Assembly (NCBI RefSeq): GCF_036971445.1
Contig: NC_091470.1
Location: 71,486,001 to 71,550,000 of the forward strand
DNA length: 64,000 bases
Source: Narcine bancroftii
Lineage: Eukaryota
Direction: 5' to 3'
The notes under the pieces were generated by a model. The model did not search any database. It worked only from the letters and a program-made list of their open reading frames with translations, and was not told the DNA's origin. How positions within the stretch are numbered: position 1 is the stretch's first letter; each line of letters opens with the position of its first letter. Shown piece by piece: positions 11,823-25,349 of the stretch. The position numbers were made by a program, and so were the translations under genes.

Positions 11823-12239
11823 TTGTGCACTTGAAATAGACATAGCTCTGAAACAAAGTTTTGAATATACTTTCATTAATTTGTGCCCTTCTTATACTAC
11901 AGAAATTAAACAAGGATTTGAAATATTTCAATTTTATATTAATTTCTTGCACAAACTTTGAATGTATTAAAAATACTTACCAAAAGATGTTGTAAATAAA
12001 CTAGGATATTATTTGCATTACACCTTAATTAAATTAGAATAAATCTTCAGATTGTACCAGTCACTGCAAGCACACAGAATTTTCAATGTTTCAAAATATA
12101 CAGACACACTAAACTCTTGTCTTCAAGAAGTCAAATATTGTTTTCAAATTTCACTTTGACTTGCAAGCAGCCTAGTATTCTACTAGTGATTTCTCTTCAG
12201 AGCACAAATAGGCAGTGCATTGAACAACATTCCAAAGGA

Positions 12240-12386
12240 CTACCTCCTCTTCACAGCACCACTTTTCCCAGCCTTGTTGCCACTTCCAGATTTAGATGAT
12301 TTGGAAGAGAAAAGGCGAGTCATAAATTCAGAAACATCTGGTAATTCGTGATTTGGGTTTAGCATGTTCATGGACTGCTCCATTTC
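12240..12386 (-). CDS. EMC7: EMC7 exon 5 (coding part to TAG)
   Basis: Acceptor tttctattccag|GAA; encodes [48 protein letters not shown]. Confidence 0.96.
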   Translation of the reverse strand, partial: EMEQSMNMLNPNHELPDVSEFMTRLFSSKSSKSGSGNKAGKSGAVKRR

Positions 12387-15300
12387 CTGGAATAGAAATC
12401 AACCAGATATTGCAATAAGGCTTCACAAAGGAGGTGCAACAAATTCAATGACACTAAGTAGGGCTTTTAAGAACACTGAATATACCAGTAAGGTGAGCTT
12501 AGGACTGCAACATCTCAGAGTAAACATTGTGAATTATGAAGATACTGTATCTCAAGAGACAAATGTGAATAACGAAGACAGCAAGTCATCTCCCGTCTCT
12601 CCAAGAAACAGTATGGAGTTTTTATAAACAAATATTCTTTCATAATTGTTAGTTCTTATAGCAACCATCCCTCACTCTGTCCTTAACTACAAGGATGTAC
12701 ATTTTGATTTGACAAGGAGACAGATTGGATCAGACAGAAGAAATAGAACATAGAAAACAGAGTATTTAATAATGCTTTAAGAACAAGTTGGCAGTTCCAA
12801 AATGCATTAGAGGTGAGAGAGGATCAAATGAATCTTAAAACACTCTTGATAAACAATCTTGATAAAGTCTTCATATTAGTATATTTGTAAAATCTACTAT
12901 TGTACAGGTTTAACGATGGGACTTTCAGGGTCTCATGGGCATCAATAGGCACATTATTTTAAAAATTGAAAGGTTTGACTAAACAGATTAGGAAAAATAA
13001 GTCACTTTTTTTTCCCAAATTTACCCTTTACTTCATTATATAAGATTTATAAAATTGGGCTTGGAAATCACAAATGAATTAATCAATTTAAATGATGAAG
13101 TGTGGCGGTACGCTATTAGGCAGGCGAATCTGCCCCGCTTGTCACGCACACAGCGGGGCAGCTGGCCAAAATGGCACTGTCGGGAGTTTCCTCCCGACCT
13201 CGGCACCGGGCTCAGAAGCCTGTGGTGACGTCGGGGGTCCCCAGCGTGGTTCTCAGCCAGGTCCGGCTGGGAGTACAAGACCAGCCAGGCAGCCTGCAAT
13301 AAATTAGTTTTGCTCACTGAACTCAACCCATCTGGTTGTGCAATCCTTCTGTTAGCAGTGTAGCCACCGCTACAATTGGTGACCCCAACAGGTTCAAACG
13401 TCTTTGAACCTGACATGAATGACCCTTCGATCAACGCTATAGACATCAAGCTTCCTGACTTCTGGGTTCAGGAGCTGGAGACCTGGTTCAGCCACGAAGA
13501 GGCTCAGTTTCACCTCTGCCAGATTTCATTGGATTCAACCAAGTTCTACCATGTGGCCACTGCCCTGGACCAGGCCATTGCCAAACAAACAAGTGCTGCA
13601 ACTCGTTCAGCACCCACCTGTGGAAAATAAGTATGGGACCATCAGGCGGGTGCTCACCAGCTCCCTCAGCCTCTCCAGGCACCAGCGTGCCACTTGGATG
13701 CTGCGCCTCAATGCCTTGGGGGACAGAACTCCAATCGAGTTGATGGACGAGATGTTCGAGCTCATGGGCGATCACACCAACTGCCCACTCTTCGAGCGCA
13801 TCTTCCTTGACCATCTGCCTGAAGACATCCGGACGTTGCTGTCCCAGGAGAGCTTCGTTGATCCTAGGAAGGTTGCTCAAAAGGTTCAGGAGCTATCGAA
13901 CAATTCCCGGAGGGCTCAGCAGTCCAGCAGGTTATGAGTCACGGGCATGACCACACCAAGCCTTACTCTAGCGCTGCGGTGGAACACCCGGCCACTGCAG
14001 GGGCCTCAAAGAGAATAGCCAGAAGCAAGCCATCCACTTCAGGCCTTGCTTCTTCCACCAGAGCTGGGGAGCCAGGGCTTGGAAGTGTCGTCAGCCCTAC
14101 TCGTTTCAGGGAAATGAGCAGGCCAGCCGCTGTTAATGGCTGCGGCGGCTGGCCAACAACACAACCTTCTCTACCTGTGAGATTCAGTCAGCGGCTGACA
14201 CTTCCTCTTCGACACTGAGGCCCAGACCAGCGTCATCCCGGCCATAGCCATCAAGACCCGGAACCGGCCTCGAGGACCTCCCCTCCATGCAGCCAATTCG
14301 ACGGAGATCCGAAAATATGGAGACAAAACCATCCACTTCCAGATCGGCCAGTGGAAGTTCTAGTGCAGGTTCACCATTTCGTCCCTCCCAACCGCTATCC
14401 TGGGGGTCGACTTCCTCCTCGCCCACAGAATTCTGGTCGACATTCGAGGTAGGCGACTGGTAGATGCCTATACTTTCCAATCTGTTCACCTCAACGCCTC
14501 CCACGCGGAGCAGCCGCAGATGGCCAGTCAGCACGCCCAAGGACGAATTTCAGTGTATCCTGGACGAGTTCCCGTCCCTCCTCAAGCTGTTCTCCGTCGC
14601 CTCATCACGCCATGGGGTGTTTCATTACATCCGCACCCAAGGCCCGCTGGTCCACGGCGAGGCACACCAGCTCCCGCTGGATAAGCTCCAGATAGCGAAG
14701 GAAGAGTTCTCCCATCTGCAGGAGCTGGGGTTCATTCGATGCTCCGACAGTCCTTGGGCCTCTCCACTTCACCTGGTCCCAAAAGCCTCCAGTGGCTGGC
14801 GCCCTTGCGGAGATTATCGATGGCTTAACGACACGACAGTACCTGACCGTAACCCGATCCCTCACATCCAGGACTTTGCGGCCAACCTGCATGGTGCGAG
14901 GGTATTCTCCAAGGTCGACCTGGTGCGCGGGTATCACCAAATCCCAGTGCACCCCGAGGACATACCCAAAACTGCTATCATCACTCCCTCCAGCTTGTTC
15001 GAGTTCCTACGCATGCCATTCGGGCTCAAGAACGCCGCCCAGACCTTCCAGCGTCTCATGGACACAGTGGGCAGGGATTTGAATTTCGTATTCATTTACC
15101 TGGACGACATCCTTGTCGCCAGCAGAAACCGGGCACAACACGTCTCACCTATACACCCTCTTCTCACAACTGGCCGACTTCAGCCTAATGATCAATCTGG
15201 CAAATTGCCAGTTCGGGAAAGAGTCCATGCAGATCCTGGGCCATACCATCACGGCCGAAGGAGCCACACCTGGTGCTACGAAGGTCGCTGCAGTCAGGGA

Positions 15301-18300
15301 GTTCCCACGCCCGGACAACCTCAAGGGGATACAAGAGTTTGGGGGTATGGTCAATTTCTATAACTGCTTCATTCCAGGCGCTGCGCACATCATGCAGCTG
15401 CTCTTTGCCCTCACTGCGGCCAAAGACAAGACACTCGCCTGGACTCCAGAGGCCAGCAGGGCATTCAAAGCCACTAAAGATGCCCTTGTGAAGGCTACAC
15501 TGCTCGTCCACCCACGCACCAACCTACATATGGCGCTCTCCATCGATACCTCTGCCACAGCCGTCGACGCCGTCCTGGAGCAGCAGGTGAACGGACAGTG
15601 GAAATCACTGGCATTCTTTAGCCGACTTCTTCGCCCGCCAGAGCGCAAGTATAGCGCTTTCGATCGTGAGTTGCTGGGCATGTACCTGGCGGTGTGTCAT
15701 TTCCGCTGTTTCTTGGAGGGGAGGCCTTTCACCATTTTTACCAACCACAAACCCCTCACTCGGGCACTCGCTATGGCAAGAGATCCCTGGTCAGCCCGCC
15801 AACAGCGTCACCTCTCCTTCGTGTCGAAGTTCACCACTGACAATTGGCACAAGGTGGGGAAAGACAACATGGTTGCCGACGCACTCTCACGACTGGCCAT
15901 TTGCGCGCTGACACCCAGCCTCGACTTCGACCAGCTCGCCCTGGACCAGAAGTCTGATGAGGAGACGCGGGCCTTCAGGACTACCATCACGGGCCTGTGG
16001 TTCCAGGACCTCCCAACTCCTCACGGTGAGGGTAGCGTCCTGTGCGATGTCTCCAGGGGCACCCCATGTCCAGTAGTTCCCCAGCAGTGGCACAGGCAAG
16101 TCTTCCACCATATCCATGACCTTTCCTACCCTTCCATCAGGTACACGGTCCATATGGTGGGAGAACGGTTCACCTAGCACGGGTTTCGGAAGCAGATTGC
16201 GGACTGGGCCAGAACCTGCACCCATTGCCAGCTTTCCAAGGTACACAGGGACACCAGAGCGCCCATACAATATTTTAAACGCGTCTGGGAACGGTTCAGC
16301 CATACACGTGGACATCGTCGGACCCTTACCCATTTCCAGAGGTAACCGTTACCTTTTCACAGTGGTAGACCGCACCACTCATTGGCCCGAGGCGATCCCG
16401 ATGCCAGATGCCTCCACAAACTCCTGCTCCCGAGCTATTTTGAATGGTTGGGTTGCCTGGTTCGGCGTCCTGAACCACCTCACCTGTGATCGGGGCGCCC
16501 AGTTCACCTCTGCGCTTTGGGCACAGCTCGCCAACAGGCTGGTGATCGAGTTATATCACACCACGGCCTATCACCCACAGGCCAATGGGCTAGTCGAGTG
16601 ATTGCACCGCCACCTTAAGTCGGCACTGATGGCCTGCCTCACCGGCCCTGACTGGGTGGACGAGCTGCCTTGGGTGCTCCTGGGCATCCGCTTGACACCC
16701 AAAGAAGATCTGCAGGCGTCATCACCCGAGCTGGTCTACGATGCACTGCTAGCCCTACCCGGTGAGTTCATCAGTGCATCTCATAACCCCCAGGAGTCAC
16801 CACACGGTCTACTTCCCTGCTTCCGGCCCAGTTGGACTCCTTCACACCGCCTTGCCATCCAGACACGGCACACGGTCCTCTTATGTCCCCAGCGAGCTGT
16901 ATTTCACAGAGTATGTTCTTAATCAGGCAGGGCCCGTCCACAGCACCTCTACAATGACCATTCGAAGGGCCGTACAAAGTCGTCCAGCATTTAGGATCCA
17001 CTTTCACACTGGACATCGGTGGTAAGAGGGATCTGTTTACTGTGGACAGGTTAAAGCCAGCCCACCTCGACCTCACCGAGCCAGTAGTTCTGGCCCAACC
17101 CAAGAAGCGAGGCCGCCTGGCAAAAAAAGACATGGGGGGGGGGAAGGTACACCATTAGGCAGGCGAACCAGCTCCGCTTGTCACGCACGCGGAGCGGCAG
17201 CCGGCCAAAATGGCACCATCGGGGGGGTTTCCTCCCGACCTTGGCACCGGGCACCCACGTGATGCCCCAGTGATTTCGGGGCACCCCAGCGCTGTTCTCA
17301 GCCAGGTCTGGCCTGGGATTATAAGACCAGCCAGGCAGCCTGCAATAAATCAGTTTTGCTCATTGATCTCAATCCGTCTAATTGTGCAATCCTTCGGTTA
17401 GCAGTGTAGCCATCGCTACAGAAGATCACTATGAATCCAATGTTTCAAATTCACCTTAATACTTCACTCACACTGCATACCAATTATTCATCAGGATACC
17501 ACAGAAGTACAATTTATTATCATATACATTTTTGAACCCAGTATGATTCAGGTGATATTCATCTTCATTAATTTTATCACAGCGTTGGAAGTCAAGTTTT
17601 AGCTCTGTTTACTCACCCGTCTCATCTCAGGATCATTAGTGTTGACTACTTTTGGCAACAAGAGGATGATGAGCAATGGAAGAACCATCATCATTACCTG
17701 TGGAGATGTCACAAATAGAAACCTTAAAAAGTCACCATGAAACAAGTATCCATGAGCTTTCAGCGCAATCTGAAGGAAACGATCTGGTACACCATCAGCA
17801 TTTATAGTTTGAAATAAGAACAGATAATATTGTAATCAAAGAATACACAAGTAGAACAAAGATGGGAAAAGACAGTTGCTAAAGACTGACAAGTGTGTAA
17901 TTTCCTCTTGCCCTGTTTTCTTGAATTTGACGATTCAACAAAAAAAAGTGACCATTGGCTGAACCAATACCATTTATGTTTCTTTAAATTCCATTTAAAG
18001 AAGCATGGGTTGGGTATTTTCAACACTGACTTTTACTGCGACTCATCCAAAATAAGAGACTTGAAAACATCTTTTCATTCTCAGAGGTTCAAAACAAAAC
18101 CAATGTGAATTTTTGAGTTAACTATAGAAAACAACAACCACCACAATCCCAATGCCCTTGTAAACATCCTATGGAGGTCTGTGTCAAAGATGGTGCCTCT
18201 CATGCTCAGCAGCAGAGCCCAAGGAGTTGTGGACTCCAGATGACCAGAGGGGCACAGGGCACAAGAACGGGAGAACATTCCAAATGAGATGCCTGGGAGA

Positions 18301-21300
18301 TGACCCTACAGGAAACGTAACCAAGACAGTGGATCAGATATTGGGACCAGGATTTGAGAGGGGGCCAAGGGAAAGAAGGGGACTTAGGCACTGAAAACTT
18401 CTTGATTGTAACAGAGGTTAGGATCTGGGAGCTCAGTTGTGTCAATGGATTGAACAGGCAGCTGTAGAGGCTGCAGGAGCAGGGGAGGAAAATCCAATAC
18501 ATTCGGTGTCTTTGGAGGGACTCTTTCTCTTATTGTTGGGGGTTGCTGGGTATGGTAGTGGCACCTGCTTTTGTGCCTTTATGCCAGGCAAAAGTTGATT
18601 AATTTCATGTACTTAACGTCCACAATATCTTATGTGAAATTGGGTGTTATGCAATGGGGACATTTTGCTAAGTATTTAATATGGTGTTCGCACAGCTATA
18701 TGCGATACTGTAGTGTACTTTTAAACTTTTTACTTTTAAGTAGGGATCAGTGTTAAAGTTTGACAAATACAACATAAACCGTTTAAATCTTATCATTTAT
18801 TTATCTATTTATTTATTTAAAAATTTGGTCATATGTGCAGATGGGCGCAAGCTGATAGGTCACAAGTCGGGGAGTGCTTGTGTACAATTTCCTATAGCTA
18901 GCATTTGCTTTTTCTAAATTGCTGCGGACTTGCTCGCAGTAACTGAATAATTATGGGTCCACGGACGTACATGCAGTCAGATATTGCCAGTACGGTATTA
19001 AGCGGTGCATACTTGCATTATTACACATACATGAGTACATGACAATAAAGGAATCTTGATATGCAAAGAATGGATGGATATATAATATACAAACAAAAGT
19101 TTGGTTAATTTTCCATTATGCTTGACACAGACGTTGAGTTCAAAAGAGTCTGTTCCTCATTGCACTATTCTATGTTCTCACAAACAGCCTTAATCTAAAA
19201 TGCAAGTTAGTTTGGACCAATGATGTTGAGTAAAAGCTGATCTTCTACTTGGAAAGTATCACAGAAGCTTGCTTTAGTATCGACCTGGCAGAGAATGTCT
19301 TGGTGAAGATCACACGAACTGAACATTACTATCTCTACCTACCAGAGTTTAAAGATATTTACTGACAGGTAATGTAACTCCAAGTAAAATATTTTGAATA
19401 TATTCTGAAGAAGACTTCTTCTCTTTATACGTACGATGTAAAAAGACAACATCATTCACAAGTGCTTACCATAGGATTCATGAGGAAGTCTGTCCATCCC
19501 CATGTTTCTCGCTTCAGAAAGTATGGAGGAGGACCAGAAGATTTGATTTGTATCGGATACGGCAGCCTTATAACTTCAGATGCCTTTAAGTAATTCACCT
19601 GCCGTGCCCTGGTAAGAAAAGAATAAGGAACTATTTTCATCACCTTTGCTTTAAGCTGTTGGTTTTACTTTACTCCCTTGATGCTGAACAATAAATGGCA
19701 ATACACCTGACAAAGGCTGAAAACTACTTAAAAATCAGAGATTCATGATCTATATTAAATAGCCTTAGTTCAATTTGATTAATAGCCCAGTCTACATAAT
19801 ATACATTTTAGAAATGTGAATTAAAAACCTATCAAAATGCACATCATACTGTGAAACCAAAAAAACCATGCCTATAAGATTTGGAGCATTCTTACCTGAT
19901 TTTCCCTTTGGAGGTGATGTCAACGCGCACAGGTTCAAAGCGGTATGCTGGTGAAACAACTTCCACTACATATGATCCAGAAGGGACATCATTTACAGTG
20001 AAAGTTCCATCTATCCTATAAAGCAAATTATTTTGTATGAAATACTTAACAGTTATTCAACTAAACAGTATACATTTGTTTAAGTTCCCAAATGTTGTCA
20101 CTCTGTAATAAAATCTAAAGTACTACAAAAAGTCAAGGGGAAAAATATCTTAGTTTAAAGTTGAAAGCAAAGTATTAGGGTGGTTGGTACTAAACACATC
20201 CCTATTAGAATAATGGTTAGCTCAATGCTATTACAGCATTAATGATCCAGTTTGAAACCTGCTCTCTCTGTAAAGAGTTTGTACATTCTCCCCATGTCTG
20301 TGTGAGTTTCCTCCGTGTGCTCCAGTTTCCTCCCAAGTACAAGTTTGGGGGTTAATTGGTATATTTGGTTTGCATAGGTTGGAATGGCTGTATCTCTAAA
20401 TTTAAATTTAAATTTTTAACAAAAGCATGCGAATCACAACAAAAGGGAAACATTATAGATCTGAATGTGAAGTAAACAGTGAAGGAAATCTAAAATGCTG
20501 CTCAAATACTGAAATTTGAACAAAGTCTTGAAAAATGAGTTTTCATCCCTGAAGAAACAACAGTAAAGGGACCAGACCACTGTGTGGTACTTCCTGTCAA
20601 AGGGCTTAAGCCTGAAATGTTGGTGACCCTTTACTTCCTATGGATGCTGCATGACCTGCTGAGTTTCTCCAGCACTTGTGTATTGCATTGTGTGCTAAGT
20701 GGAGATATTTGTTTCTAATTGAACTGTGTTAATAATAAGGCAAAATATCAAGTCTCATGCAGAGCATAAACATTATACACAAATAACCCTGAACAGTGAA
20801 GGCAAAAGTCTTATAATTAAAACAGCTGGATGGACCTAGGATTGAGAAACCATGGCATCTTTTAGGCTAATGAGCCACAAGTGAACATATTCTTTCACAT
20901 TTGTTATGTACTAAATATAAAGACATTTCTTTCAATTTTGTCAGATTGTTTCTGACTGTAAATCATTAAATCTTGCGAATACTTCAGATTAAGTTAATTC
21001 ACTTTGGTCATTATCAAGGGTTTTAGTGATCTTAAATAAAAAGTGCACCACATCAAAATCTTTCAGATGCAAGATTCCATTGTCATGTAACAAACATGGA
21101 TAAATTGTCACCATTAGCTTAACCAAGCGCCCTCAACAATGTGAAAGAGAAGCAAAAGAGTGTTTCTTCTCCAGTGCTTTCGCTAACCCGCCAGCTGCAC
21201 TTCCTCCTGCCCATTCCATCAGCTCCCAGTTCCAAACCTCTGATATGATCATTGTCTACAGACCTTTCGGAGCCCCTTCTTCCCCCAACAAATCCCGGTC

Positions 21301-24300
21301 CAAATATCCGATTGCTACGACCCAGCCTCCAGTATCCTGCAGCGTGAGACCTTCAGCGGCCAGTCTCCAGTAGCCTGTGAGTATCCTTCAGCCACTGAGC
21401 TCCACACTGGTCTGCTGCTGAGATCACCTTCCCTGTAGGGTCATTTCCAGTCTTCTTCTGGCAGTACGGTGTTCTCCCACTCTTGTGCTCTGCTGATCCC
21501 TTGGAAGCCGTGACTATTGTGGTCTGCAGCTAAGCACTGGCATTGCCATCTAGAGCAGAGAACTTTGCAGGTTTGAAGACATTAAATAAAAAGTCAGCCC
21601 CTTTAACAGACTGTTTTAAACCTGTACAGGGTCGTCAGCATCATGTCCAAGGCAGTAGGACCCCATAGAGGAGCGCTGTGTCTTTACAGCACAGCAAGGT
21701 TTTGTCAATGTAAAAAATGTTAATGAAATAAATAAAGATCATTACTTTTCCCCAATAGTTATTCTCAACATTACAGCCTAAAACTAGTTCTCAACCTTTT
21801 CTTCCCCCACTTACATATCACATTAAGTAGTCCCTTACTAATCTTAGAGCACCTATAGCATAGGATACCATAAAGTTTCACTTAGTAAAGAATCACTTAA
21901 GATGGTATGTGAGTGGAAAAAAAAGTTGAGAACTACTAGAAACAGTCATGCAAAGTACTCAAGAGAATTCTAGCTTGTAAACATCCATCAAACCAACAAG
22001 CCACCTGAAGCCAACTTGACAATAACAACTGAAAGCATAGGGCCTATATTATCCCAATAAATCTTCCAGATATTTCAAGCAAACTGTGATTTAAGGATTT
22101 ATTAGGGCATTGGTCAGAAATGTAGATCTTAATCAGCATATTACAGAGAAATGGAAAGATAGAGAGAAGGATGCAGAGGAGATATAGATCCTGTCAGTCA
22201 AAGATATAGTCAACAATGTAAGAATAAGCGATTCTCAAAATCCTGTAAATAGGGAGCAGATATACTGGAAGGTTTCTTGGGACAGAGTGGAAGGATTTAA
22301 AAATAAACAGCCGTTAACACAACGTTGCTACAGCACCAGTGATTGGAACGAAGGTTCAAATCCAGCGCAGTCTGTTTGTATGTTCTCCCTGTGCCGCTGT
22401 GGGTTTCCTCCAGGGGCTCTGGTTTCCTTCCACTGTTCAAAATGTACTGGAGGTTGTAGGTTAATCGGGTGTAATTGGGAGTCACAGGCTCAAGGGTCGA
22501 AATAGACTGTTACTGCCCTGTTTGTTTAAACTTTAAAAAAAGTGAATCTACAAGTACTTGGAGCAGGACTTGGTGCAAATTAGGAGGAGCAAGAGTTTTC
22601 AATAATTATAATGACAAAAGATGTACTGTGAAATTCCAATAATCTACTCTGACTATTCAGCAATCCTGATAGTTTAGCACTTGGTTCACCAGGAAGCATT
22701 TGATGTGTTCCCTTCCCACTCAATGGGACTCCGGTTCCTACATTCCATCTAACGCACTGCAATTCTCATTCCGTGCTCTCCACTCACTTAAGAGCCTGGT
22801 CCCTTTCCACTTAGCAGGGCCCCCGTTCCCATGTTCCTTTCAATTTTCTGGTTTACTATGCAATATATAAAAAAGTTAAAAGTATGTGGAGGTATGATCA
22901 GAAACAAAATCTAATTGTCCTGAAAATATTGTATCACAGAATTCATTGAAAAATTCGGTAAAATGGTGCCCAATGGATGAAAACAGGCCTAAATTAACAG
23001 TCACCGCACCTTTCTATTCTGGTGTCCACCTGTTTTTTCATATTCCCAACGAAGAGCTCAGGCCTGTAACATTGACTTTTAGTTTCTATGGATGCTGTGG
23101 GACCTGTTGAGTTTCTCTCGCTCTTTTGTTCATTGCATTAGACCCCATCATCTGCAGATTTTTTGTAAAGCTAATCACATTACTTCAAAACAAATTATTT
23201 TAATTTTTCTAATCACTCAAGCAAATTTACTTAACAGCAGTGATATCCTGTTAAAATGAACATTCTTTCTGGATACAATGAGGAAATCCTTCCTTTGGCA
23301 TAGGAGTGAATAATTCAAATCATAAAGCCAGAAATCCAATTTCAGGCATGGATGGAGAGGCTAATTTCACAAAGTAATAACTGGGAATCAATAATTCATC
23401 TCTGGATTCCTCTCGCACTCTACAGTGACATAATCCAGAGACCCTCTGCTGTGTTGACAAGGGATACATCATCAGAATCAGATCTTTTAAATCAGCATTA
23501 AACTGAGGCTTTACTCTCTCAGGCAATCTGATGGCAGAGGTGGAAGTTCATCCCAATCTCCTGCCAATAGTTATATCTCAAACATTACTGCTTGTGGGAA
23601 TCTGCTCTGGGCAAATTGACAGCTGCATTTCCAACATTATAAATACTAAAAGAAAACTACTTCAAAAGGTCATTAAGAAATTTCACAGCAATATAGAACA
23701 TAGAACTTCACTATACAATGCTTCAGCCATAGTCTCATGCCAACTATGCAAACTTACTCCACAACAATCCAATTTTTCCCTACCTCACACTCATGACCCT
23801 CTATTTTTCTTACATTCATGTGCTTACCTTAGAGAAAATGCCCCAAGTGTATCAGCCTCCACCCCCCCCCTCCCCGACCATTCTGTGTAAAAAAAAGGTT
23901 AGCTCTGTCTTTGCTCCAAACTTTCCTCCACGCACTACAGATGACTATAGTGATTTGCTATCATCAAACAGGAAAAAGATACTGACTGTCCTCTGTAAGA
24001 AAAGCCCTCTCTCTGTCAACCTTGCTTCATAAGACATGTTTTCTGATCCAAGCAACATCCTGGTCAACCTCCCTTGCACCATTTCCAAAGCATCTATACG
24101 CTTTTCTGTAATGATTTGATTTAGGTCAAAAACACCAAGACGTAAATGCAACTCTTTAAAGCAATGAGTGGAGATGCAGAAATCCCACCATTTCTTAGTC
24201 CAGTTTAACTCTCCAACCCCACTCTGGCACTGCATAAACTGGATTCTTCCTGTTTCTGTCAAGTTCAGAATGTTTCTGGCATGATTGCGATCTACAGAGA

Positions 24301-24799
24301 AAGAAGGAGGGCCAGGAGCCCCAACTTTCAGAGATCCTATTTGCCAGCAGTGACCCTGTTCTGGGCAGGATATGATCCCAGACCTCGACTCCAACACGCC
24401 CAGTTCGCCCCAAACCTCTTGGTGCTCCCACTTCCCAAGGGGCGACTGACTGAAGATGTCATTTGCCCCTCTCGTCTCTCCGCCTCACAACTATACCCTC
24501 CCTTTTGTCCAGCCCAGTCACCCCCCCCCCACCCCGCCCTCAGCCGCTCCATCCCCATCCACACGTGCCCACGCCCCGGACGTTTACTTGAAGAAACCGA
24601 CGTGCTCCTCTCCCTCCACCAACACCCGGGCCGTGTGGATCCAATCTTGCGGCCTGACTCCCGGCACCACCGCCCTGCCCTCGATCTTAAACCTTTCTCC
24701 TCCGCCGCCCTCCGCCTCCGAGCCAGCGCACAGCCACCAGTGAGCCACGAACAGCAAACACGGGAGCCACCGAGAGCATCTGCGGGCACCAGCCGCCAT
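12240..24799 (-). CDS. EMC7: ER membrane protein complex subunit 7, complete spliced CDS: complement join(24588..24799,19896..20015,19470..19608,17617..17697,12240..12386), 699 nt, 232 aa
   Basis: The spliced translation MAAGARRC...[18 protein letters not shown]...[63 protein letters not shown]...[67 protein letters not shown]...KRR* matches vertebrate EMC7. All four introns are GT-AG with consistent phases. Confidence 0.97.
13101..17420 (+). mobile_element. Near full-length decayed Ty3/Gypsy LTR retrotransposon, CsRn1-like clade, in EMC7 intron 4 (antisense)
   Basis: 5'LTR 13101-13374 (TG..CA); 3'LTR about 17146-17420; 4-bp TSD GAAG; PBS TGGTGACCCC (complementary to tRNA-Trp) at 13377; Gag KLPDFW..WF and CHCC-type CFFHQ..C motif; RT SPWASPL and YLDDILV; RNase [10 protein letters not shown]; integrase HVDIVGPLP and [13 protein letters not shown]; several stops and frameshifts. 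Confidence 0.93.
17617..17697 (-). CDS. EMC7: EMC7 exon 4 (81 nt, transmembrane helix)
   Basis: Acceptor tctccacag|GTA; encodes [27 protein letters not shown]; donor CGG|gtgagt. Confidence 0.96.
19470..19608 (-). CDS. EMC7: EMC7 exon 3 (139 nt)
   Basis: Acceptor ttttcttaccag|G; encodes [46 protein letters not shown]; donor ATG|gtaagc. Confidence 0.96.
19896..20015 (-). CDS. EMC7: EMC7 exon 2 (120 nt)
   Basis: Acceptor ttgctttatag|G; encodes [39 protein letters not shown]; donor AG|gtaaga. Confidence 0.96.
20205..20410 (+). mobile_element. V-SINE (HE1-like) copy
   Basis: V-domain gagtttgtacattctccccatgtctgtgtgagtttcctccgtgtgctccagtttcctccc. Confidence 0.7.
21062..21685 (-). repeat. Unclassified non-coding repeat with a Rex1-like 3' tail (related to 27473-28221 and 63073-63400)
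   Basis: Shared blocks aagagaagcaaaagag, ctgtagggtc and ccctttaacagactgttttaaacc with the other copies. Confidence 0.5.
21784..21938. mobile_element. Palindromic hAT-type MITE (single arm)
   Basis: tagttctcaacctttt...aaaagttgagaacta inverted termini. Confidence 0.65.
22305..22535 (+). mobile_element. V-SINE (HE1-like) copy
   Basis: B-box-like ggttcaaatcc plus V-domain gtttgtatgttctccctgtg...ggtttcc. Confidence 0.7.
23695..24125 (-). mobile_element. Decayed CR1 3' fragment
   Basis: Minus-strand peptide [24 protein letters not shown] and a CR1-like tail. Confidence 0.65.
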
Positions 24800-24885
24800 C
24801 ACGCCGTCTTGGAGGCGGAGATCCGCGCAGCCGCAGTGCCACTGTCAACTTTGACCTCCCGCCGGGCCGTGCATTGTGGGTCAGT
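24500..24885 (-). promoter_or_regulatory. CpG island / EMC7 promoter and exon 1
   Basis: Local high GC and CpG density around the EMC7 start codon in an otherwise CpG-poor window. Confidence 0.75.
24588..24799 (-). CDS. EMC7: EMC7 exon 1 (coding part; signal peptide and start of lumenal domain)
   Basis: ATG at 24799-24797 (ggcgtgATGG); hydrophobic N-terminus; [11 protein letters not shown] motif; donor AA|GTAAAC; lies in a CpG-rich island. Confidence 0.95.
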
Positions 24886-25320
24886 GAAATCGCAAGGTTG
24901 GAGAAGCTCAGCAGGTCAGTCAATATCCTTTACATCACAGAGATAAAGATGCTTGTGCAAGGTATGGAGAAGGTCGGGATAAAAGGGAAAAGCATGGCAG
25001 GAGATAATAGGTGGAGAAGGGCTGGGCGACTCGAGAGGTGGAGAGCTGAGGGGAAAAGGGAGAACAGATATTAATGCCATCCGGCTGGAGAATGGCCAGA
25101 CGGAAAATCAGGGGTTGGTCCTCCAATGTACACGCAGTCTTGGTGGGATAGAACACGAGGCCATGGATGGAAGTGGGACGCAGAACTGAAATGGCCAGCC
25201 ACTGGGATGCTCTGTCACTGGGGCGGACAGAGGGAAGCGATCTCCCGGCCTGCGTTCAGACTTTCCGAGGGGGAGGAGGCCACAGAGGGATCACTGGATG
25301 CAGTAAATCACTTTGAAGCA
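24885..25320 (-). mobile_element. Penelope-like element remnant (GIY-YIG endonuclease region and pLTR) directly upstream of EMC7
   Basis: The minus strand reads VIYCIQ*SLCGLL..G.SERRPGDRF and EDQPLIFRLAILQPDGINI, and ends in gacctgctgagcttctcca. Confidence 0.75.
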
Positions 25321-25349
25321 CTGTTTGGGCTCCGGACTCCATCGGAGAG

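Noticed and set aside
13416-17133. Gypsy ORFs as an active element or a domesticated gag gene
   Set aside because: Multiple frameshifts and in-frame stops in gag, protease, RT and integrase.
20205-22535. tRNA genes suggested by A/B-box-like motifs
   Set aside because: They are decayed SINE heads followed by the V-domain, and they do not form a cloverleaf.
24281-24946. 221-aa plus-strand ORF
   Set aside because: It is antisense to EMC7 exon 1 in a GC-rich island where stops are rare. It is Pro/Arg/Ser-rich with no recognisable domain.
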